From: a virus
Direction: 5' to 3' (one strand)
Virus record (IMG/VR): IMGVR_UViG_3300042940_003205
Coordinates: 1 to 64,000 of that record
Length of the DNA stretch: 64,000 bases
In this document: positions 25,693-37,762 of the stretch, one piece after another
Numbering within the stretch: the stretch's first letter is position 1
Layout: every line of letters begins with the position of its first letter
Notes under the pieces: model-generated
What the model was told of the DNA's origin: nothing
Database searches by the model: none
What the model saw: the letters and a program-made list of their open reading frames with translations, nothing else
Position numbers and translations under genes: made by a program

Positions 25693-28600
25693 ATATTATG
25701 TTAAGTATTTGACTTTCAATTGGTGTTCCGTAAATTGTTCCATCATAAGGTTTGACTATAAATGAAATCGCCATATTTCTTAAAACAACAGCGGAATTTA
25801 AAAGACTACCTTCAGCTATTTTATTTGACACCCCATTAGTCCATTCAAACCATTCAATATTGGATAAATCTGAAGAGCCATTGAAGTTGTAATAAGCTTG
25901 AAGAACACTATTTGCAGAAATCTTATTATCAACTATTATATTTGTAGATTTTATTTGAACGTCATACACATAAGGTGCAGATAAATTCTTAACAATTATA
26001 GGTTGAGAAGTGTAAGTAATTCCATAATCAAAATTATCATTTGGCTCAAGAGTTACATACACTTGATCATTGACATTGAAATATCCATTAGCAGCACTCA
26101 AATCTGCTTTCCTTTGAACCAATCTATCTCTGTAATTAGGTGTGGTGTCTAATTCTACGGTAGTTGTTCCGCCACCAGATGTTCTTGTTCTGTACCATCT
26201 TGTTCTTGGTTTGTATTGTTGATTTTCAGAAATATAATTGTAATCAACATACATTCTAGAAGCACTGGCAATTTGTTTTGTAGATCCAACGGAAGCATAA
26301 GAAACATCTGAATTCAAGACCAAACTTTCAGCTTTTAATGATGGAATATTTGTATTCAAATAATGAGAATATACATTTAGATTTGGCACTGAATTATGAG
26401 TAAATTCAAAGTTATAAGTTGTTGATGCAGTAGAAGAATATGTCTCTACCTTTAATCCTAATCTATATGTTGATCCTTGAAGAACAAATACAGTGACAAT
26501 ATCGCTCGCAGATTTATTAGTGTCAAATATAATTTTGCCATCATATCTATCTAATTTATATCCACCACGAACTATCTCATTATTTACAAGCACTACAACT
26601 TTACTGTCTTCAGGCCATCTACCATTTACAGCATAATAGTTTTTATAATCAGTAGAAACAGTGCCTTCTCCATAAGCTTCATATCTTGATCCTGTTCTGC
26701 TAATTGAAACTTGAACAATATTTCCTGTTGGTACTTCTTGTCTAAAAGTAATAGTTCCATTTACATTATCAATTGTGTACAGATTAGCGGTGACAAGAGA
26801 AGAATTCAAATATACTTCAACAGTGTCAGAAAGAAGCCAAGTAAATCTCGCATTATCATAATAGACAAAATAAGTAAAATTATTATTTAAGGACTTGATA
26901 GAAGTTAGCTTTTCATAAAATAAAGCGTTCGTATATTTATATGATCTTTGTCTTGAAGAAATTATTCCATTTTTGTTTTTGATAAGCTCTTCATAATCAT
27001 TCCAATTTGTGCTGTTTCCTTTACATATACCCCAAGTTAGTTTAGCCTTATCAGTGTCAGAATAGTCTGTTGAAAGAATATATTCAAAAATATCATCTGT
27101 GGAAGTGAGGGCAGATGTAAAGAAATAGTTGACAGCTGGAGATACTTCTGTGTAATACAATTGACTGACATATGGAGAAACAGGAAGACTTGTAGCATTG
27201 TTCCATCCTTCTGTCATATCAATTTGGAAGCTTAAATTAGTAATTTCTTTATTAAGTGTTGATGTTGAAGTAAGAATATTCCAATCACTGTAATTCTTTT
27301 TATCAGAAGAATACTTGTATTTAACTGTGCAAGAACTATCTACACTTTGACCTGTAGAAACTGTGTATGCTGTGGTGATTGATTTTATAAATTTAGAAGT
27401 TTCGAATTCTACAGATTTTGTCCAAGAACCAGCAAATAATGTGTTAGATCCGCCGTGCAATAAAGCAGTGGTAATTCCTGACCAATAAGAACTAGAAGCA
27501 TCAAAATACAATCCGTCTGTATTCTTTACCAATTGTCTCAAGCTTCCAGTGTTTGTTTTATCATCAACACCAAATGCAACTAATTTTGTGCCACGATTAT
27601 TCCAACTATAATTTATGTTGTCTTCAATACTTTTTAAAGAAACTGTCGTATTATTATCAGCATCAGAAACAATAAATGTTAATGGAATATAAGAACTGGA
27701 CAATAGATCCATTTCTTGTTTTGAGTCTATTGAACTATTTGGGATTGCTGCTGGTTGCTGTCCAATCAAAGCATATTCAAGACAGTCATAAAGATTACTA
27801 TTTTCACCATCAAGTTTCAAAAAGCCAATTATTGATGTGATGGCTATTCCTGAATTTGTAAAACCATTTCCAGTTTCGTGTTTGACAGAAGTGCCAAAAG
27901 TCCATAAATCAACAAAAGACAACTGACCATTTACGGGATCATTTGTTCTGTTGAGAATATTTGTTAAAAGATTGTTGAAACCATTTACAAAACCTGATGA
28001 CATTTGCATAGAAGCAGAATTATCAAAAACAGTAGAAATTACAAATTTTGGTTCAAGATACAAATAACCATCATTACCAGACGTAATGCCGCTTCCTACA
28101 CCACTATTCCAATTAACTTCAGTGTTATTATAATTGCCAATAGGAACGATAGTTTCTGTTGGAGCATATGCATCGTCATAGTGTGCTTGGAAGAAGAAAT
28201 CATAACTTGTGCTTATTCCAGTCCAACTAATAGCATTTGAGCTTGAATATCCTAACCCTGAAAATGGATTGTTTGTAGATGCTTTTTTCCACTTGAATAA
28301 AGGAACAGAGCTTGCAGTTTCTTTAATAACAAGAGCTAAAGTTGTTGATCCTGTACCTGGTATATCTAATTCGCTTGTAAGATTGAAACTAGTAAAACCG
28401 CCAACTTTTACACTAGAAGATGTAATAGGACTAGAAGCTGCCAATTGAGTTTGTGGTCTTACATTAGCGTCAACAGAATAAACATAAGCAGTAAGAGTTG
28501 TATTTGCTAAACTATCATTGTAAGAAGAATTTGAAAGACTGTCTTGATCTCTAATTGACAAGAATGCAGAAACTTTTGAAATTGTACTAGCTGTTGATGA

Positions 28601-31600
28601 AGTGGTGAATGTTTGCGCTAAATATCCAACAGAACCACTATCACTTGAAATAAACCTTATGTCATTTGAAGGCTTGGATGAGAATAAAACTGGGCTGTAA
28701 CCTTCACTTGTATTTTCACCAGTTCTATACCAGCAATCACCATCATCAAGAGTATACCAAATTCCATTATTAGTACAAGCAATTAAAACATTTTGAGTGA
28801 TAGAGTTGAATGTTGAAGAAAATACTTGAAGATCATAAACACAAGTAGGAAGTGTACCAATATAGTCAGATCTTTCAAATGTATTACCCTCATCAAAAGA
28901 TCTATAAACTCCATCATTAGTTCCGATGTAAATTTTGGATTTGCCAGGAGTATTTCCAATAGCAGCCTCTGTGTCAATAGCATAAGAGAAACAATGAAGT
29001 CCTCTCAAGAATCTACTATCAACAATAAAGTCAGAAGAATTTACATCATCAGGGTAAGAATATTTCCAGTTTCTTACCTTTAAAATTCCATCATTTGTAA
29101 GGATGAATAATGGATTTGCATAAGTGGTTGTATTCAATAAGGAAGGAACGCTATATGCTTGGAAAGATTTGTAATACTTATTTACACCTTCAGGATTACC
29201 AGCACTAAACATTTTTCTAGGCACAAGAAATGATGAAAATGATGCAAATTGAGTATCATTACCCATTACATAATAGCCATCATCTCCTGCTGCATGTAAG
29301 CTTTCGTATTCTTGAACATTACCTAAACTATTTTTGACATATGCGCCTTTGAAAATTCCATTTACATTGTTAATGGTGAGTTTTAAGAAATCAGACAAGA
29401 AATTGGTTGTTCCTAACTTAACACTTAATCCATCACTTGTTGCAAATGCTTCAAATAAAGTGCCATTCCAAAAGCCTGTGAGATAAGCATTTTGTCTTGC
29501 TGATGATGTTTGTTTTGTCCAAGAACCATCATATTTCCAAAGACCATTAGAAGCACCAGCAATTACTTCAAGATTAGGATTAAGCGTGATATAATTGGCA
29601 TCAAAAGCGCCATCTAATGTACTTTCAAGTTCCCAATACCCAGTATATTTCCAAACACCCTTCTCTGTAATGATTCTTGTTCCAGTGCCATCTTTTGTCA
29701 GCCCAACAATTCCCTTCACTTGGATTGGATCGTTTTCAAAATCATTCGCAGTAGGGATGAGTTGAGTTCTATTTTTGAAAGATGAATTCAAGCTATCAAA
29801 TTTAGCATTACTTGAAAAATTATCAATTAGTAATGTATTTTTCAAGCCTCTAGTGTCTGTCTGTGAAATTGTTGGTGCAGTGAAATCAAAAATAGTTGAA
29901 TTTAATGATTTAATTTTTCTTGCTAATTCTTGAATGTTAGAATTATTTTCTGATGCTAAATTATAAGTTTGATTGGATATAGCAAGATATAAATCATCTT
30001 CTAAACCAGATACAATTTCGTTCTTAATTCCATAAACTTCAGTGGCAACATCGTAAGTGGTTGTGCTAGTAAGTCTTGCTACAGATAAAGTAATTTCAAT
30101 AGGATAAACAGTATTGTCAAAAGATTTTACCACTGCCATCTCAAACTTATTGCCAGCCTTCAATTGAATCAAAGAATAATCGCTAATTCTTTGATTTACG
30201 TAGATTTTAATATCAGTATTGGAGTTTGGTTTAGTTAGTAATGCAATAGGGCTTTTAGTCTTATATAAGGGCACATAAGTAGAAGCATGAGGTTTTGTTC
30301 CAGCATCAGAAATTGTTGGGAAATCATTTACTATAGATATCTTTACATTATCAATATCACTCTTTAATACTGATTGTGTGAAAGTAATTTTGCCTTCTGA
30401 TGAGCTGGAATAAAATGGTATAGTACTAGGCTCATTGTTTATATAGGTGAAAAGTCTAGTGCTATCTGTTTGAGTGTCGTTCCAAAAGCTAGTGGTAAAA
30501 GTGTTGAAACTCTTCTCATAATAAACTTGATCGCCAGGAACATAAGAAGATCCCATAGCTACCATTTGATAAGGATAGTTTAAGGTAAAGTTGGTGATTT
30601 GATTGTAATCTTTATCAAATACTGCGAATTCTGTTTCATTTTCAGAAAATGTATCGTTGGGTCTCTTCCATCTATAATTCAAAGAAACTGTACTAGATAC
30701 GTTTACATCTTGCCATAATAGTTCAGTGCTTACAAAAATACCATTAGTTGTTCCAGCATATAACTTGCCAAAATTACTACCATCATCAAAACTGTAAAGT
30801 GCATTTGCTGAACCTTGGAAAACAGGCTCCCAAAAAAGTTCTGAGTAGGCTACAGATGTTCCTAAAGATGATTCTTGAACTCTTGCAACACCATTAGAAT
30901 GTCCAATAAAGTAATCTGTTGGAAATATTGTTGAATTTCTTTGAGCAACACAATTAATTACTGAACTTGAACCAGCCCCAGAAGGTGTTGAATTTTGATA
31001 TATCTTTAGCCTTTGAACTTCCCATAAGACATCAGAAGTGCCAAAATCAAAAGCATCTTCAACTACAAGATACCAAGTACTGTCGCCATTTACAGTTCCG
31101 CTTGATGCATATACTGTTTTCCAATTAATAAATTCAGCATTTACATCAAGTTCGGTAGATCTAGTCCAACTTCCAGCAGATGCAACATATATTCCATTTT
31201 CTGCTTTGTTGGTTTGATTTTTAACAAGAACAATATTACCGGCACTCACAGCAACACCATCAATAGTTTGTATACCAGTGAGATCTATATCTTCTGTAGT
31301 GGCGCATAAAGCATTTGAGAAAGATGCTGTTGATTGTGAAAATGGAAGAGACCAAAACTTACCTGTAGCATCTTCATAATATTTTGCTGTGTGAGTGATA
31401 AATGCCTGATAATCATTCCACCAGATAATATTATTTTTGTATGCGCCATCTTTTATCCAATAAATTCCCTTTACTTGCTCGTTAAATATTTGTGATAATT
31501 GGCTGAAATCTCCATAGTACAAACCTTTAGTACTAGTTCCAATTGCTCCAACATACAATACTCTTTGAATTGTGATATCGTCAGTCTCGCCAGCAACAAA

Positions 31601-33907
31601 TGTAGTCTTTTGTGTCGATAATTCTTCAATTGCAGAAAGATTGTAAATATTTGTTATAGCCACACCAGAAGAATTATAGAAGGTTGAAATTTCATTCCAA
31701 TCCCAATTTTGATATGCTGTATTGTCTGGGATGATGGCATAGTAAGCTTTATCTGATGTCAAACCATATTGATAAGTTTGATATGTTCCGTCAGCTAATT
31801 TATCAGAAGAAATTTTGAAACCAACTAATGTTTTTGCAATTCCACTAGCATCTCTTGGTAATTTTAGATCTTCCCAAACATTGCTTGTATTGTTGTAATA
31901 AACTTTTCCTAATGAAGTGAAAACATAAACATTTTTGAAATAATTTTCATTTGTTGGATAAATTATGTTATCTTGAAGCGATAAAATCTTTCCATAATCA
32001 TTTTGCCAGTTAGTTGTTTGCGCTGTATTACTGCCTAAATTGAAGCTAAACAATCCTCTAGAAGACGCAGCATAAATCAAGTTCAAACTAGTGATAATGT
32101 TTGCACTCTTATAAAAAGCGCTAATATTATCGTTGTATTGAATGTAAGAATTAGTATTTTGAGGATATAAATATGACTTGCCAATTCCAGTGGTTAAGTA
32201 TTTATCTGGAGTAAAAGTCAAAGGTTGCTTATATCTATTTTCGCTATAATGATTGATCTTTAAATTATTTATTGATATCTTGCCTGTAGATACACTGTTG
32301 GCAGATAAATTCTTAATGTAATCATTTGTAAGATCATTCTTGATTTCAGTTTTACGTGCTTTGATTACAACAGAAAAATCAAGGAAAGTATATTGAGCGT
32401 AATTTGGAATTGTATTCTTGAGTAAAATACAACCAGAATTTGGGTTGATTGTATAGTGTACTGGATCTATCAATGTTTCTGCCAAGTAAACTTCAGCAGT
32501 GTCATATTGAAAATCTGTCCAAGCGAATAATGTGTAAAGGTCAGTGGTCAAACCAGCAGCGTCAGTAAATTGATAAATTGTTCCATCACTTAACTTTATG
32601 TATGTGTTTAATGTGAGGGCGGTAGATAATATTTGTTGGCTTGCATTTACTGCAATTAAAGTCTTGTCAACAGCATATGGCAAATACACTTCGAGTTTAG
32701 ATGTTGATTTGATGCTTTGGGTAAGATAAATTTTATATGGACTACTAGATTCGCTTATTGTGTAATCAAGACTGGAAAGAATAGTTTCATCAAGTTTTAC
32801 AATTGGTGTGCCGTAAGATGAAATGGTGTCGTTAAATAAAGTACCATCAGCATTCTTTAATATAAAAATAGAATTGTTTTCATAGCTAGAAATTCCATCA
32901 TTAGAAGAAGCTGTAAGTACCAAATAATTTCCAAGATCTATCTTTGCTGCAGTGTTAATTTCACCAAGATGTTTATGCTTCAAATAAGATAATTGAAGCT
33001 GTCTTTGAAATTCTCCAGCAGTTTCATTTATTTGATTTCTTCTTTCTTCGTAGACTATTTCTGAAACAGTATTGAAATCAGTGTAAGTTGTATCTGCTTT
33101 GTAAATGACAGTGGCTAGATATACAGCATTAGAATATGTGTTGTATTTGGAGTCTGGAATTGATGGAAAAGATATATTACAAATTTCATCTGACAGGGTA
33201 GAAATTCCAGATTCAGCCCAGGCATAAAAAGTATTTGCTATTGTTTGTCTAAAGTAGCGTGGTTTTTCAGTCTTGGCAGCATATTTATCAATAATTCCAT
33301 CACCAGTGCTAACTTTGATACATTGTTTGAAAGCATCTTGGAAATAAAGATTTGATGAGCCTAAAGTAAAGTTTGCTGATGAAACAACACCAAGCCATAG
33401 TGTTTTTTCATTGGTTGATCCAGAACTTACATAAACAACAAAATTATCGGAATAATCAGATGTAGTATCAAGACTTGAATGTCTGGTCCACGTTGAAGCG
33501 GACACAGTATATACGCCATTTTGTGAAGCTGTGGATTGATTTTTTACTAATACAAGATTGCCAGCAACAACAGAAATTCCATCAATTGTTTGTGCGCCAG
33601 AAAGAGTGATATTTACGGTGGTAGCTGCTAAACAAGATACAGTGAAATCAAGATCGAGTAATGATAATTTCTGTCCATATTCACTTGTGGCGCTTGTGTT
33701 GTATCCATCAATAAGTAGTATTTGATCAGTTCTGTTATCAGATAGTTTAGATACATCCCAGCCATTTATAACTCCAGGGCCAAAAAAAGAATAAACGCCT
33801 GAAAAATTAGATTCAGCTGTAAGCATATTTTCATAGTCATAACCTGGATACCAAATATCGCCAAATGATGAATATAAAAACTTATAAATTGATGTACGAT
33901 TAGACAT
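25691..33907 (-). CDS. Giant tail/baseplate appendage protein (2738 aa) with LVKxQ modules, BNR-like beta-propellers, vWA domain and C-terminal Ig-like domains
   Basis: NLVLVKNQSTASQNGVY, NIVLVKNQTNKAENGIY, GVYRSFDEGNTF, IWYTLDDGDCW, vWA MIDAS FDNSASM...IVSDA. Confidence 0.7.
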   Translation of the reverse strand: MSNRTSIYKFLYSSFGDIWYPGYDYENMLTAESNFSGVYSFFGPGVINGWDVSKLSDNRTDQILLIDGYNTSATSEYGQKLSLLDLDFTVSCLAATTVNITLSGAQTIDGISVVAGNLVLVKNQSTASQNGVYTVSASTWTRHSSLDTTSDYSDNFVVYVSSGSTNEKTLWLGVVSSANFTLGSSNLYFQDAFKQCIKVSTGDGIIDKYAAKTEKPRYFRQTIANTFYAWAESGISTLSDEICNISFPSIPDSKYNTYSNAVYLATVIYKADTTYTDFNTVSEIVYEERRNQINETAGEFQRQLQLSYLKHKHLGEINTAAKIDLGNYLVLTASSNDGISSYENNSIFILKNADGTLFNDTISSYGTPIVKLDETILSSLDYTISESSSPYKIYLTQSIKSTSKLEVYLPYAVDKTLIAVNASQQILSTALTLNTYIKLSDGTIYQFTDAAGLTTDLYTLFAWTDFQYDTAEVYLAETLIDPVHYTINPNSGCILLKNTIPNYAQYTFLDFSVVIKARKTEIKNDLTNDYIKNLSANSVSTGKISINNLKINHYSENRYKQPLTFTPDKYLTTGIGKSYLYPQNTNSYIQYNDNISAFYKSANIITSLNLIYAASSRGLFSFNLGSNTAQTTNWQNDYGKILSLQDNIIYPTNENYFKNVYVFTSLGKVYYNNTSNVWEDLKLPRDASGIAKTLVGFKISSDKLADGTYQTYQYGLTSDKAYYAIIPDNTAYQNWDWNEISTFYNSSGVAITNIYNLSAIEELSTQKTTFVAGETDDITIQRVLYVGAIGTSTKGLYYGDFSQLSQIFNEQVKGIYWIKDGAYKNNIIWWNDYQAFITHTAKYYEDATGKFWSLPFSQSTASFSNALCATTEDIDLTGIQTIDGVAVSAGNIVLVKNQTNKAENGIYVASAGSWTRSTELDVNAEFINWKTVYASSGTVNGDSTWYLVVEDAFDFGTSDVLWEVQRLKIYQNSTPSGAGSSSVINCVAQRNSTIFPTDYFIGHSNGVARVQESSLGTSVAYSELFWEPVFQGSANALYSFDDGSNFGKLYAGTTNGIFVSTELLWQDVNVSSTVSLNYRWKRPNDTFSENETEFAVFDKDYNQITNFTLNYPYQMVAMGSSYVPGDQVYYEKSFNTFTTSFWNDTQTDSTRLFTYINNEPSTIPFYSSSSEGKITFTQSVLKSDIDNVKISIVNDFPTISDAGTKPHASTYVPLYKTKSPIALLTKPNSNTDIKIYVNQRISDYSLIQLKAGNKFEMAVVKSFDNTVYPIEITLSVARLTSTTTYDVATEVYGIKNEIVSGLEDDLYLAISNQTYNLASENNSNIQELARKIKSLNSTIFDFTAPTISQTDTRGLKNTLLIDNFSSNAKFDSLNSSFKNRTQLIPTANDFENDPIQVKGIVGLTKDGTGTRIITEKGVWKYTGYWELESTLDGAFDANYITLNPNLEVIAGASNGLWKYDGSWTKQTSSARQNAYLTGFWNGTLFEAFATSDGLSVKLGTTNFLSDFLKLTINNVNGIFKGAYVKNSLGNVQEYESLHAAGDDGYYVMGNDTQFASFSSFLVPRKMFSAGNPEGVNKYYKSFQAYSVPSLLNTTTYANPLFILTNDGILKVRNWKYSYPDDVNSSDFIVDSRFLRGLHCFSYAIDTEAAIGNTPGKSKIYIGTNDGVYRSFDEGNTFERSDYIGTLPTCVYDLQVFSSTFNSITQNVLIACTNNGIWYTLDDGDCWYRTGENTSEGYSPVLFSSKPSNDIRFISSDSGSVGYLAQTFTTSSTASTISKVSAFLSIRDQDSLSNSSYNDSLANTTLTAYVYSVDANVRPQTQLAASSPITSSSVKVGGFTSFNLTSELDIPGTGSTTLALVIKETASSVPLFKWKKASTNNPFSGLGYSSSNAISWTGISTSYDFFFQAHYDDAYAPTETIVPIGNYNNTEVNWNSGVGSGITSGNDGYLYLEPKFVISTVFDNSASMQMSSGFVNGFNNLLTNILNRTNDPVNGQLSFVDLWTFGTSVKHETGNGFTNSGIAITSIIGFLKLDGENSNLYDCLEYALIGQQPAAIPNSSIDSKQEMDLLSSSYIPLTFIVSDADNNTTVSLKSIEDNINYSWNNRGTKLVAFGVDDKTNTGSLRQLVKNTDGLYFDASSSYWSGITTALLHGGSNTLFAGSWTKSVEFETSKFIKSITTAYTVSTGQSVDSSCTVKYKYSSDKKNYSDWNILTSTSTLNKEITNLSFQIDMTEGWNNATSLPVSPYVSQLYYTEVSPAVNYFFTSALTSTDDIFEYILSTDYSDTDKAKLTWGICKGNSTNWNDYEELIKNKNGIISSRQRSYKYTNALFYEKLTSIKSLNNNFTYFVYYDNARFTWLLSDTVEVYLNSSLVTANLYTIDNVNGTITFRQEVPTGNIVQVSISRTGSRYEAYGEGTVSTDYKNYYAVNGRWPEDSKVVVLVNNEIVRGGYKLDRYDGKIIFDTNKSASDIVTVFVLQGSTYRLGLKVETYSSTASTTYNFEFTHNSVPNLNVYSHYLNTNIPSLKAESLVLNSDVSYASVGSTKQIASASRMYVDYNYISENQQYKPRTRWYRTRTSGGGTTTVELDTTPNYRDRLVQRKADLSAANGYFNVNDQVYVTLEPNDNFDYGITYTSQPIIVKNLSAPYVYDVQIKSTNIIVDNKISANSVLQAYYNFNGSSDLSNIEWFEWTNGVSNKIAEGSLLNSAVVLRNMAISFIVKPYDGTIYGTPIESQILNII

Positions 33908-33913
33908 TACTAC

Positions 33914-36900
33914 CTACGGAGTTGGGTTGAATTTAATGCTAGCATCTCCTATGTCAAGTTGTACGGCAAAATCATAGACCATAGATGGAGTTGTTCCTAC
34001 GCTTGTTAAGAATATTCCAAATCTAATTTTGCTTGATGCTTCTGACAATTCGAATGTTTGATTAGGTGAAATTACTGTGTAGTTTGCAAAATTGAATGTT
34101 TCGTTAGTATCACTAGAAGTTGTATATCCGTACACGATGCTACCATTGTTTTTTAATTCGTTAGAAGTGAGTAAACCTCTTTTGATCATTGGAGCATCAG
34201 TGTCATAATTATTAGTATCAAACATTCTAGTAAAGAAATAACTTCCTGATGATGATGTGTATGAAAGAGTCAAAGATAGTAATTCTGGTGTAATATTAGG
34301 AGTTGCAGTGATAAGTTCAACCTTATATTGCAACCATTTTCCAGAATAAGCTGAAAGATCTACAGAAAGAGATTGTGCAGTTGTTGGTGCTAAACTATCA
34401 TTAATACTAGATAATGATTGCGCATCACCATAAGAAGCTGCTAAACATTCTGCTCTTGTATTTCCAGTCTTTACATAAATTTTTATTTGAGTTCCATTAT
34501 CCAAAGTTGTATCTGGAGTAGATGGATATTTATTTAATATTAAGGCAACAATCTGTGTCCAAGTAATAAGAGTTGGTACATAAATTGGCTGAACTTCATA
34601 AATACCGTACTCTCTGATTTTACGGTCAGGAGCGTAAACTGGGTAAGCTCTTGAAGGGGGAACATAAATCCCCTTCCTAGATAGCGAGTTGTCAGCGTTC
34701 TTTTGAATTTGATAGATAACGCCTGAATTATTAGTTGTAGATAAATTCTGATTATTAGTATTAGTATTTGTCGTTGTTGTGGAGCCAGTGCCAGCATTTA
34801 CTTGCCCTTGTGTTGGGTTATTATCTTGATTGTTTTGAGTGTTTCCAGTGACAGGGTTTATCGTTGTATTTGAATTAGAAACAACAGTAGTATTTGTGTA
34901 TTGAATGAATGAACTTGTATTGTTTGCAGTGTTAGCTACTTGAATCATTCTGTCGCTTATAACAGGAAATCCAGTTGTATGAGCTGGTAAAGATACACCT
35001 TGAATATTTCCAGCTTGATCTTTAAATCTAGCATAAATATATCTGCTATTATTTTCATACGGAGTGTTTGTAAATTCATAAACACTACCATCCATACCAG
35101 CACCATAAAAAGTGTTTCCAATAGCTGTTACAGACTTTATTTTGCTAGAACCATAGAATTGAGAAGTTGGAACTGTCTCAAATGTTTCTCCAGTGTTCTT
35201 TTGCCACAAGAATTTAAAAGTTGTACCAGATCCCACATTATTTGTAGTTTGAAGCTTGATTTTTAAAACATCACCTTCAAGAACATTAAAAGCGTTAGCA
35301 GAATAAAGCGTTGACAATGTTGTTGATTGATTGTAATTACTTATCTGTAAAGTATCATTTACAAACAAGTTATATCCTACACCACTATCTATCCTGAATG
35401 ATAATGCGCCATCTTTAGAAGCTAATACTGCACCTTCATACGTGATAGAACTGTTCGTAAAACCAACAGGTGGTATGAATGAACTTCCAATTGCTCCAGT
35501 ATAATTTATTGCTTCAGTTTGTCCTCTATACGCAATAAAATTATAACTTTCAATGTCTCCTATGTCTGTCCAAGTAATACCAGATCCGGTGTAAGATCTC
35601 CAAGTTGAATTAAGTAAATTAGTGTCGTAAGAATAGGAAACAATTTTTTTAAAACTATTTATTAACTTAAAGTATCCATAAGTTCCATTGTCAGCGCTAA
35701 TATAAATATAATTGCTATTTGGATCATCATATATACTGAAAATATGATCAGCATATGTGTCATAAAGTTTAGCCCAAGAATTAGCTGTTGCATTTGTAAA
35801 AGATAACTCCCAGATTTGTCCACCCCTAAATCCAGCCATAACAGAATTTCTAGTAGATGATTTAGCTAAGCACTCAACGTTGTCAAAGTTAGATGACAAT
35901 GTTTGTACCCACTCAGCATTATAATATTTATAAATAGCTGATGCTCCACTACCATAGGCACCTCCAACACCAACATAAAGAGTAAATTCTTTAGCAGTAA
36001 GAGCAGAAACTTGATCATATGAAGAGAAAGTCTTAAGTTCTGTAATTGCTTTTCCATTAAATTGATAAACTGAAGAAGCACTAGTGGCTCCTTTAGTGGA
36101 TCCCAAGAAAAGATTATTACCCAAAGAAGTCATAGAAATAATTGGCTTCAACAACTTATAATTTGTAGTTGATAATGGGTCTTTTGCGTTTAAAACACTC
36201 CAAAATTCGCCATTATAAGAAGTAAACACAAGCCCGTAATTAGTACCTGCGTATGCTCTCCCGTTAAATACGTGAATACAAGTAATTTGGTATTTTTCAG
36301 CTATAAGAGATTCATTTAAGATTTCATAAACTGCTCCACTCTTGTAAACAAACATTTTATGGTTTGCTGCAATTAATATCTTGTCATTGAATGCACAGAT
36401 AGCAGTTATTTCAGAAGCGGCATTTCCAGTCTTTTTTGACCACAAATAAGCAGCATTAGTTAAATCTATATTAGTGAAAGTTGTCTCACCAGTAGAAAAA
36501 TCTATAAAACCTTTTGAATCAGCGTTTGGAAAAGAAGTTGCATCTCTAAAATCTGAAAATCTTGAAATTTGTGCTGAGACAACATCTGAGTATTGATCAT
36601 AAGCAGCAAGAGTTATGTCGCCTCTTTGATCAATAGTGAAGTAATCTCCTTGGTATGCAATTCTAGCAGCATAAAGTGATATTGGTGTGGTAAAAGTAAA
36701 GCTTAAGTAATCTGTTGTTTCTGGGTCTGCAATATTCTCGACAATATCTTCCCAATCTGATATTTTAGTTCTCTTAACTTGAAGAATATATGTTTTAGTG
36801 TTTTTTGCAGTAGCTCCAACAATTAAGTTGGTAACTGTTGGATAAATATTATTAGCAGAATTTGTAACATCTTCATATACTGGATTGAATTTTTTGTATA

Positions 36901-37762
36901 CGTAGTTTGCTTGTTCATTACCAATCACTTCATATTTAGAAAGATCTGAACTCCCACCATAAACATTTACTTCCTTAAATGGCACTTCGTAAATATCAAG
37001 CAAGTAATCTTTAGAAGACAATTCTGCTGAAGCTGTATTAAATGCTGTTATTTTATAATATGGTGAAGTATTTGCAATTCTAATCCAAGTTGTATCGGTA
37101 CTGTTATAATAAGCAAATTCAGAATCACTATTAACAAAGTTGGCAATATCAATAGTTGCAGATCCAACAGTAGGAATTGGTAAATTGTCTAAAGTTATAT
37201 GAATCCAATAGGTAGTGTCTACTGTTAAAGTTAAACCTGTATTTGAGAATGAGTAAGACTCAAATGATGTGGTCAAGTCATCAATTTGTATGCTAGCAAA
37301 TGATCCTAAAAGAGTAGATGGAGTATCATTTGTAGCATCGTGCGTGTAAATAGCAACATTGATTCTGTCTCCCAAGTTCACAATGCTTCCAGTCTTCTTT
37401 AATTTGAGAATAATAGTTGATATGTTTTGATCTTTATCAGAAACAATCTTAAAAGCATTTATAGTTTGAGTAAATGAATATGAAGATGTTGTGTCAGTAT
37501 ATTCTGTTGTAATAGAAGAATAACCAGTGCCAGAAAAATAATGAACTTTGATACCAGGATCAACATCATCTGCTTTTCTGTTTAATATCAAAATGCCTTT
37601 AGGAGGGACAGTATCATAAATAACACTGGCATTAGGATAGAATTCAGACTTAACAAAAATATCTGTTGTCTCATCCTCAATTTCGTATCCTATTGAAGTG
37701 TTATTATTTAGTGCTTCATTCCAATATTTAGGATCGAAAAACCCGTAGTTATCATACGCCAT
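33914..37762 (-). CDS. Virion adsorption protein (1282 aa) with beta-propeller and PA14 domain
   Basis: Propeller blades ([15 protein letters not shown]); PA14 pattern ITYEGAVLA...FRIDS...LFVND...FLWQK at about 35155-35615. Confidence 0.65.
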   Translation of the reverse strand: MAYDNYGFFDPKYWNEALNNNTSIGYEIEDETTDIFVKSEFYPNASVIYDTVPPKGILILNRKADDVDPGIKVHYFSGTGYSSITTEYTDTTSSYSFTQTINAFKIVSDKDQNISTIILKLKKTGSIVNLGDRINVAIYTHDATNDTPSTLLGSFASIQIDDLTTSFESYSFSNTGLTLTVDTTYWIHITLDNLPIPTVGSATIDIANFVNSDSEFAYYNSTDTTWIRIANTSPYYKITAFNTASAELSSKDYLLDIYEVPFKEVNVYGGSSDLSKYEVIGNEQANYVYKKFNPVYEDVTNSANNIYPTVTNLIVGATAKNTKTYILQVKRTKISDWEDIVENIADPETTDYLSFTFTTPISLYAARIAYQGDYFTIDQRGDITLAAYDQYSDVVSAQISRFSDFRDATSFPNADSKGFIDFSTGETTFTNIDLTNAAYLWSKKTGNAASEITAICAFNDKILIAANHKMFVYKSGAVYEILNESLIAEKYQITCIHVFNGRAYAGTNYGLVFTSYNGEFWSVLNAKDPLSTTNYKLLKPIISMTSLGNNLFLGSTKGATSASSVYQFNGKAITELKTFSSYDQVSALTAKEFTLYVGVGGAYGSGASAIYKYYNAEWVQTLSSNFDNVECLAKSSTRNSVMAGFRGGQIWELSFTNATANSWAKLYDTYADHIFSIYDDPNSNYIYISADNGTYGYFKLINSFKKIVSYSYDTNLLNSTWRSYTGSGITWTDIGDIESYNFIAYRGQTEAINYTGAIGSSFIPPVGFTNSSITYEGAVLASKDGALSFRIDSGVGYNLFVNDTLQISNYNQSTTLSTLYSANAFNVLEGDVLKIKLQTTNNVGSGTTFKFLWQKNTGETFETVPTSQFYGSSKIKSVTAIGNTFYGAGMDGSVYEFTNTPYENNSRYIYARFKDQAGNIQGVSLPAHTTGFPVISDRMIQVANTANNTSSFIQYTNTTVVSNSNTTINPVTGNTQNNQDNNPTQGQVNAGTGSTTTTNTNTNNQNLSTTNNSGVIYQIQKNADNSLSRKGIYVPPSRAYPVYAPDRKIREYGIYEVQPIYVPTLITWTQIVALILNKYPSTPDTTLDNGTQIKIYVKTGNTRAECLAASYGDAQSLSSINDSLAPTTAQSLSVDLSAYSGKWLQYKVELITATPNITPELLSLTLSYTSSSGSYFFTRMFDTNNYDTDAPMIKRGLLTSNELKNNGSIVYGYTTSSDTNETFNFANYTVISPNQTFELSEASSKIRFGIFLTSVGTTPSMVYDFAVQLDIGDASIKFNPTP

